64,000 nucleotides of DNA from Acanthaster planci (taxonomy: Eukaryota). Below are positions 57,601-64,000 of this stretch, piece after piece; the first letter of the stretch is position 1, and each line of letters opens with the position of its first letter. Under the pieces are notes generated by a model. That model saw only the letters and a program-made list of their open reading frames with translations, was not told the origin of the DNA and searched no databases. Both the position numbers and the translations under genes were made by a program. The stretch spans positions 2,908,535-2,972,534 of the forward strand of contig NW_019091358.1 in assembly GCF_001949145.1 (NCBI RefSeq), given 5' to 3'.

Positions 57601-60600
57601 CCAGGAGATGGGAAACTTATTCTTTATATGCCCCTAAATTGCAACCTCAGCTCCCCATGTGAAGTCACAGTGGCCAGGCAGTGCAGTAATGAAAACAAGG
57701 TGTCAGGTTTTGAGTAAATTTTCAAACTAGAAAATGGCATTAATGTAATTCCATAGTGAAGTCTTGATTGATATCCTGGTCATTTCTTGTTTCCATATAG
57801 TGCAGGGTTGGAGCATAGGTGAACTAAATGGAAATATACTTATCAAGGAAAAATGGAAGATTCTTGAAGCACACATGCCCCTTTACTGAAGTATGTGGCA
57901 CCCACTATTTGCCTGATGATCACTGTTCCCCTCCCCTCCCACTCACAGACCGTAAGTGGGTGTCAGCCGCCATTGTTTTCATGCTGGCCATGTTCACGCA
58001 TCTCTTGACGCACGTCAACGAGCGGCTGCAGAGTGCCCTCTATGAGGCTCAGCATCCGAGGCGAGTCAGGGAGGATGAGGAGGACAGCTCAGGTGAGGGG
58101 ACAGGAGTCTGTGAAGAGGGGGATAACCAGGGCCCTCCCCCTCCAAAAAAAAGAAAGAGCATGAGATTCTTCTGGTTTTGAGAAATAGTGAGAAAAAAGG
58201 CAATGTTGGGGACACTTTATTTCTGTTCCTTCCGAAACTGTAAAAAGCCCTCAAATTTAGATTCACTCTCAGACAGGCCAAAGAAGGGAACATAAACAAA
58301 TTTTTGCACCCTTCGCCCCCCCCAAAATGGGCCCCCCCCAAAAAAAATTCTGTTTTGGATCCGCCCTTGGGTGTGCGCATGACTATCTACTTCGTGACTA
58401 TGTAGTGTGGTCTTTACATTGTGTAGAAGAGATGATGCATTTTCCTCATCTAGATCATGGAGCATGCACAACCAATTTTCAGTTGAATCTAGCTGTAGGT
58501 GCCCAGTTGAAATGGTCATTCACTACAGCTTCTATCTTTTATGCTCAGGCGCCACGTGGACAGACAATCCCATTATACACATACATGTCTATTGTTTTGA
58601 GTAATGAAGTAAAACTGTCCTCCCAAAGTGATTCATTTAACATTTTGCTGAGAAAAACAAAATTAACAACTTAATGGATCTAACTAATCTGACAGATCTA
58701 AGCCCACTAGTAGTTTATTTAATGCAACTCTATCCAATACACAGAACATTTGAGTCATTTAGTAACCTCTCTGTTCGAAAAACCAGATACTTTTTATATC
58801 GGATCTTAATCGATTAAGCTGGGCTGAAGATAAGCTTCAGTCCTTAAGTGAAGATTAGATGTGTGCCAGGACAAAGATGATTCTTGTACACATAACTAGC
58901 TTGTCTGTGATCTCTCATTGTCTCCCTTTTGCCGGCCTCTCCAGAGGAAAGCAGTAGTCAGACCGATGAATCTGGTAATGAGCAGCACAGCATTGCTGGT
59001 ACCCTGACTCCTACCCATAGCCAAGAAGTAGAGAGCTCAGGCACCTGCAGTGACGGTACCGTCAAACATCTCCCACAGAAGGTCAGTTGAGTTTAATATA
59101 GCGCTCTTGGTTATTGTCAACTGAAACATTTTCACGGTAGACATGAACAATTTGGGGTTTTTTTAAATGACACAAAAAGTGCTTGTAAAAACTCTTAGTC
59201 TGCATCCGAATCTGTTGTCTAGAGCTAGGTCTAGGTCTTCCCTCCATTGGAAATGTGCGGGGACGCGTAGACAATAGACCTAGCCGTAGTTCTGGAAGCT
59301 CGTTTCGGACACGGCCTTAGTCTGCCATCATGTACATCTTGTCCTGTTCAAGTCTCATTTGTTCTGCTTGTGCTATGTACAGGCAGTGCTTTATCATGAA
59401 AAAGACAGAACACTCCCTCATGTCCTTCCAGTGTCTTTACAATAATGCACCAATCAAACCGCATCTCCGTATTGAACCATAAATGTCAGAGTGCTTCTAT
59501 GGCAATTGTGTGTGTGCTTTTGTAGGCTCATCTTTTCTCTGAAGTTCAGGATGACAACGGATGCTGGTAAACATAGCCCTCAAAAGTAATTTCATAAGTG
59601 GCGTTTTGACTGTGCTTGGAGAAAAAAGTAACGTCATTTCATCTATTGCAATCCTTGAATTGTCTACAGCAGGACAAGCAGCGTAAGGCCCTGAACCGGC
59701 GCCGACGCAGACGGCGCCCACTGCGAGACGGCCAGACCGAGAGCGACGATTCTGATCTGAGCGAGGGTGCTCTGAGCGCCAGTGACGGATCTGACGTCAG
59801 CTCATCGGACGGGGAAGGTTCGAGCGAGGGCGGGCTCCTTGCACTGTCAGACAGTGACTATCTCATGGACAGCCAAGACCAAGAAGAGGACCAGACACCG
59901 GGTAGGTGCATTTTGCGCAGAGCAAGATTTACCATCTCTGATGCTTGAATTTATTCTAACCCCCCCATGTATATCACAAGTGCTGCATTGACTCCAACAA
60001 TACATAAGAGCTGTTCAACTGTGAGGCAAGCTGAAATCAACCGCGAGAACAAGGGATTACTAGTCTTCAAAATATAGGGCAGTCAGAGTTAGGCTCGATT
60101 CAGTGGCTGTCTTGAGACAATTATGGAATTGTTCTCCGATGGCTGTCAAAAAATCTAGGATCATCTTTGTCTTCATCCAAACTGCTTCAAATGTCAGTTA
60201 CCTTGCATTGGTGTGCCAAGTTTCTCTGCATTTAGTTCACTGCTCAACTGCAGTTCACATTTTTGTTGTAAATCTTGCAGATGGTGTAAGTTGAGTACCC
60301 CTTTTTGCATGAAATCAACAAAAGGAAATTTATTTCAGGAAGGGGCAAGTATTTACCTGAGAAAATCTGAAACATGTGGACAGTAAGGTACAGAGAGCCA
60401 TTGCGGACTTCATACTTGACCTACAGTTGCTTGTCAAAGCAGAAACCTTTGGCTATCATGATATACTCTTAAACTCAGCTTTACTTGTCGTTTACCTGCA
60501 TATTAAAGAGAAAGGCAGAGAGAAGAAAGCTGACATGGATGATGCCTCAGTCAAGGCTGTAGATGATAGCAAAAAGGAGCAGCCATCCCATGCAGACAAA

Positions 60601-62871
60601 GGTAGGGAGTAGTGACTGTACGATATGGGGGAATAGTGCAGGTCAGCTTTATGGGGAGATAGTGCAGGTCAGCTTTATGGGGGGATAGTGCAGGTCAGCT
60701 TTATGGGGGGATAGTGCAGNNNNNNNNNNNNNNNNNNNNNNNNNNNNNNNNNNNNNNNNNNNNNNNNNNNNNNNNNNNNNNNNNNNNNNNNNNNNNNNNN
60801 NNNNNNNNNNNNNNNNNNNNNNNNNNNNNNNNNNNNNNNNNNNNNNNNNNNNNNNNNNNNNNNNNNNNNNNNNNNNNNNNNNNNNNNNNNNNNNNNNNNN
60901 NNNNNNNNNNNNNNNNNNNNNNNNNNNNNNNNNNNNNNNNNNNNNNNNNNNNNNNNNNNNNNNNNNNNNNNNNNNNNNNNNNNNNNNNNNNNNNNNNNNN
61001 NNNNNNNNNNNNNNNGCTTTATGGAGGCATAGTGCAGGTCAGCTTTATAGGGGGGATAGTGCAGGTCAGCTTTATGTGGGGATAGTGCAGGTCAGCTTTA
61101 TGGGGGGGATAGTGCAGGTCAGCTTTCCAGCATTTTTTTTTGGTCATGCTGTATCAGTGTCTTGCTCAAACTTGAACATTACAAAGGGATTGATTACAGA
61201 TAAAGAAAATCTTTCTTTGTAATGGCAGGTACGTTTGAAATGACTTAAAGACAGAGCACTGCAGGATTTTGTTGATCCAGAATGTCGGTGCTGGCTTTTA
61301 AAAACTATGCCTTTGTTGAATTCCCAAATTGTTGTAATACTGTTCTTTTTTCCACACCAATTCTCCCCAGTCAAGGAGTGGTCAACCACCAGCCCGGTAT
61401 CCCTGGCCCAGAACCTGCGCGACATGTCCTCCAGGCTCCTGGCCCCCAGCCCCACGGGCTTCCTCAAGCGCACCATCCGCCTGGCCCCGAGCTTCGACGC
61501 CTACATCAAGGAGAGGGCAGAGACAGTGAAAGACGGGGGGTCGGATGAAGGGACAGGGGAGGCTTCCAAGACGGAGGAGAAGACAGGTGATGATCGAGAT
61601 CAGGGAGAATAGCATAGAAGACATCCTTCTTTCCTTTCTCCAGAGTAACAGTGAGATCTCTTAAGATCAGTTTGTATTTAGCACAAAAGGGAAGGACTCA
61701 CCAGTTGGCAACAGATCAAGACATGTCTGCGAATTCCACTCCACAAGTGTTTTTCAACTTGGCATTATTATTATTATAATTTAATACGCTATTCATAGTA
61801 CACTATATCAAAGCGCTTATAATAATTTAATAGAAAAAGGAAAGAGGATACAAGTATGAAAGACTATTAACAAATCAAAATAAATAAGTTCTGGCCAACT
61901 TTTTAAATTGCATTGCATTGACTTGTGACTTGACCAAACGACTTGTGACTTGACCTATGACTGGACCAAATGAATTGTAACCTGACTTGGACTTGCCAAA
62001 AATGACTTGCGACTTGGCCTGGATGTGCAAAAATTACTTGCTACCAATTCCGCGAGTGCATGTGCAACTTTTAAAATTGCGTTGCATTGGCATTTACCTT
62101 CAGTGGCCACCCTCTCCCACCTTAACCTTTAGCTGCGTTCACTGCCCATTCTGTGCTTTGAAAATGTGCAGTACAGTCAAGAGGTCCATTTGTCTTGCAC
62201 TATACCAGTGCACACATTAATTATTTTATTGTCTATTTGCATGACCACCTTTCCACGATTTGCATTTGACGGTATGACAGTAGGCATCTTTGGGAAATTT
62301 TTGATAGACTGGGACATTCCATGCAGTAGAAAGAAGGAAGGATTAATCTGACACACTAAGGAATCTTCCTCCCTGACAGACATCAGGAATAATTCAAGAT
62401 CCCTTGGTGCAGTTGGCAAATAAAATTTGTCAACCATTTCCCACAATGTAATGCGAAAATTGGCCTTGCTGTGGCAGCCTCTTTGTGGTGCATTGTACTG
62501 TGTGTCATATTCCTGCATATCTACACTATCTCCATTACAGCCACATGTTGATTTATTCTGTGAAATCTAGGATATAACATGGATGCGAACTAGGTGACTC
62601 CACAGTAAGAGTGTACCGTGTTAAATTCCGGTTGCTGGATAAGTCTCTCAGGATGTCTGAACTGACTACTTGGAATTCACTGGGTGTTTTGTTGCTGTCA
62701 GGTGACGAAGCGGCCAGCGAGGCAGATACATCGAGAGAAGATGCAGAAAGCAAGCCCTGCCCGTTAGACCTCCACATCAAGGTCCTGAATGAGGAACGGC
62801 TCCTGTGCACGGTCAAGCTCATCACTGATTGGCTGAGGGGCAACAGCGATGTCATTACGACGACTGCAGAG
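48639..62871 (+). CDS. SMG5: Nonsense-mediated decay factor SMG5 (EST1B), 5' part, 3'-incomplete; exons join(48639-48712, 51380-51478, 52703-52826, 53663-53825, 54437-54529, 54926-55094, 55913-56038, 56989-57287, 57949-58092, 58945-59081, 59670-59901, 60509-60601, 61371-61586, 62702-62871)
   Basis: Blocks TKRIYR, LMFLQPVDYGRKAEELLWRKVYYDVI, LECAYHTHLLAATGFYHHLLL, WAEKACHRCLIYLGDLARY, AERFYHQALLLNPAMGMPHNQLGTLAG, SAAIVFMLAMFTHLLTHVNERLQ, RRRRR...DDSDLSEG, KRTIRLAPSF and VKLITDWLRGN match SMG5. All junctions are GT-AG and phase-compatible. Exon 60509-60601 (AAG acceptor) is the least certain. The PIN domain lies beyond the window. Confidence 0.96.
49155..49228. repeat. Inverted repeat (21/22-bp arms, 30-nt loop) in SMG5 intron 1
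   Basis: AACATTATGTCACTTGACCCCT ... AGGGGTCAAGTGACGTAATGTT. Confidence 0.85.
49395..50028. mobile_element. Non-autonomous TIR element (~634 bp)
   Basis: GCGCTCTGTGATAACCATG ... CATGGTTATCACAAAGTGC inverted termini. Confidence 0.6.
50515..50685. mobile_element. 171-bp MITE with perfect 13-bp TIR and a 6-bp target-site duplication
   Basis: AAGTAC-CAGGGGTGAGATT ... AATCTCACCCCTG-AAGTAC, with internal repeated TTCAGCT. Confidence 0.85.
60625..61126. repeat. ~26-bp G-rich minisatellite (ATGGGGGGATAGTGCAGGTCAGCTTT)n spanning an assembly gap (N 60720-61015)
   Basis: About 4 units are visible on each side of the gap, inside an SMG5 intron. Confidence 0.95.
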
Positions 62872-64000
62872 GTGAATCAAGGAGAGCCCAGTTTGGTCAC
62901 AGTTTGTCTTTTGGTGTGGGGGTATCTTACCGGACCTTGTGATCTTAAGGAGGGAAGAATTTATTCAGATAGAGATATAGATATTCTTTCACAAAGGACA
63001 GACACAAACATGGGCCAAATTCCTTGAATGGTGTCAGGCGTCACAATATATTGTGGGTTTTTCTTGACCTTGACTTCATTTCGGGTTGAGCTCAAGGTTT
63101 TAGTGTCATTAACTCAGTCCCTTGATTTGAGACCCTCAAGCACAGTGCAGTTGCGGCTAATGTTAGGGCAAACTTGTGGAGTGTTTCACATGTTTCCATA
63201 TGTGTGTTTACAGAGATTCTAGATCCCAAGAGGAATGCCAAAGCTGAAAAGACAGCTGAGATTTAGAAAAATGGTCCTTAATTCCAAAACATAAGATGTA
63301 TTATTGACACAAAGAGGGTCAGATATGCCTGGGGGATGTAGAAATGCTCTTTAATGTTAACTCTAGAATTCCCCAAATCAGCAAGTCTTGACGAGACTTT
63401 CTCTTGAGGACTAAAGCTTAGTTGAATGCCAGGCTTGCCATGGCACACTGAAGTTCTCTTGTAATATAAGTCGTCATGCCAGTGGTCACTTTGCAAGGGC
63501 TGTGGCTGTTCAGCTCTGTAAGGTCATGTCTCTTTCCCGGCAGATCAGAGCATCCACACATGAATTCTGCTCCACTGGTAGTCTGTCAGTCCCAATTATC
63601 AGCGTGTATGTGTTGTGGGGTGCCCAGCCTAGTACTTTAAGGGCTTGTAGCCCCTGATCACAAGGTCAGGTGTACAGATCCAGCAGCTGGGTACACAGAG
63701 TTGTTGACTTGAGTCATGCCACTCGGATTTGAGTCACTTTCTTTGTGACTTGTGACTCAACTTGTAACTGCCAGCTTTGACTCTTGAGTTGACTTTAACT
63801 CGCATGTAGTGACTTTATGTGTGCCTGAAGTAGTGCTGTAGTACATGTGGAAATTGAACAATTAAGTGTAAGGATACTGATCAAGCAAGTGAAGTTTAAC
63901 TGTCCAAAACTTGTGACTCGTAACTCGTAAGTTAATGCCATGCCCTGTTTGCTTGTTACAGTTGGACCAAATAATATGCGACTTGACTTGCACTTGAATG

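Noticed and set aside
59667..59672. NAGNAG tandem acceptor (CAGCAG) in SMG5
   Set aside because: Real in sequence but common, and it would only add or remove one Gln in a disordered region.

Overview
This is intron-rich eukaryotic genomic DNA from an invertebrate animal. The proteins and repeat landscape suggest a non-vertebrate deuterostome such as an echinoderm, which is an inference. There are four assembly gaps. Six protein-coding genes were reconstructed by hand from GT-AG junctions and frame continuity: (1) an unrecognised 104-aa single-coding-exon gene (+, 2522-2836) with an RFX X-box upstream; (2) AK6 adenylate kinase (-, 4 exons); (3) C1orf43/NICE-3 (+, 6 exons), head-to-head with AK6; (4) POLR2M/Gdown1 (-, 4 exons); (5) a divergent SWEET/SLC50A1 sugar-transporter homologue (+, 6 exons), head-to-head with POLR2M; and (6) the 5' 14 exons of SMG5 (+), which runs off the window end. 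Non-coding DNA carries many MITEs and foldback elements, a decayed Rex1-type LINE split by a TTAA-flanked insertion, a Gypsy gag remnant, tRNA-derived SINE-like pieces, a 26-bp minisatellite and a 9-unit ~277-bp tandem array. Three observations stand out. The SWEET homologue has a symmetric rewiring of its substrate pocket (both conserved Asn to Ser, with new Asn in TM1 and TM5). Each unit of the tandem array looks like an amplified intron-exon cassette encoding a Cys/Trp-rich 21-aa module. The small X-box gene is a candidate uncharacterised ciliary protein. Human protein comparisons are from recall and need alignment to confirm.
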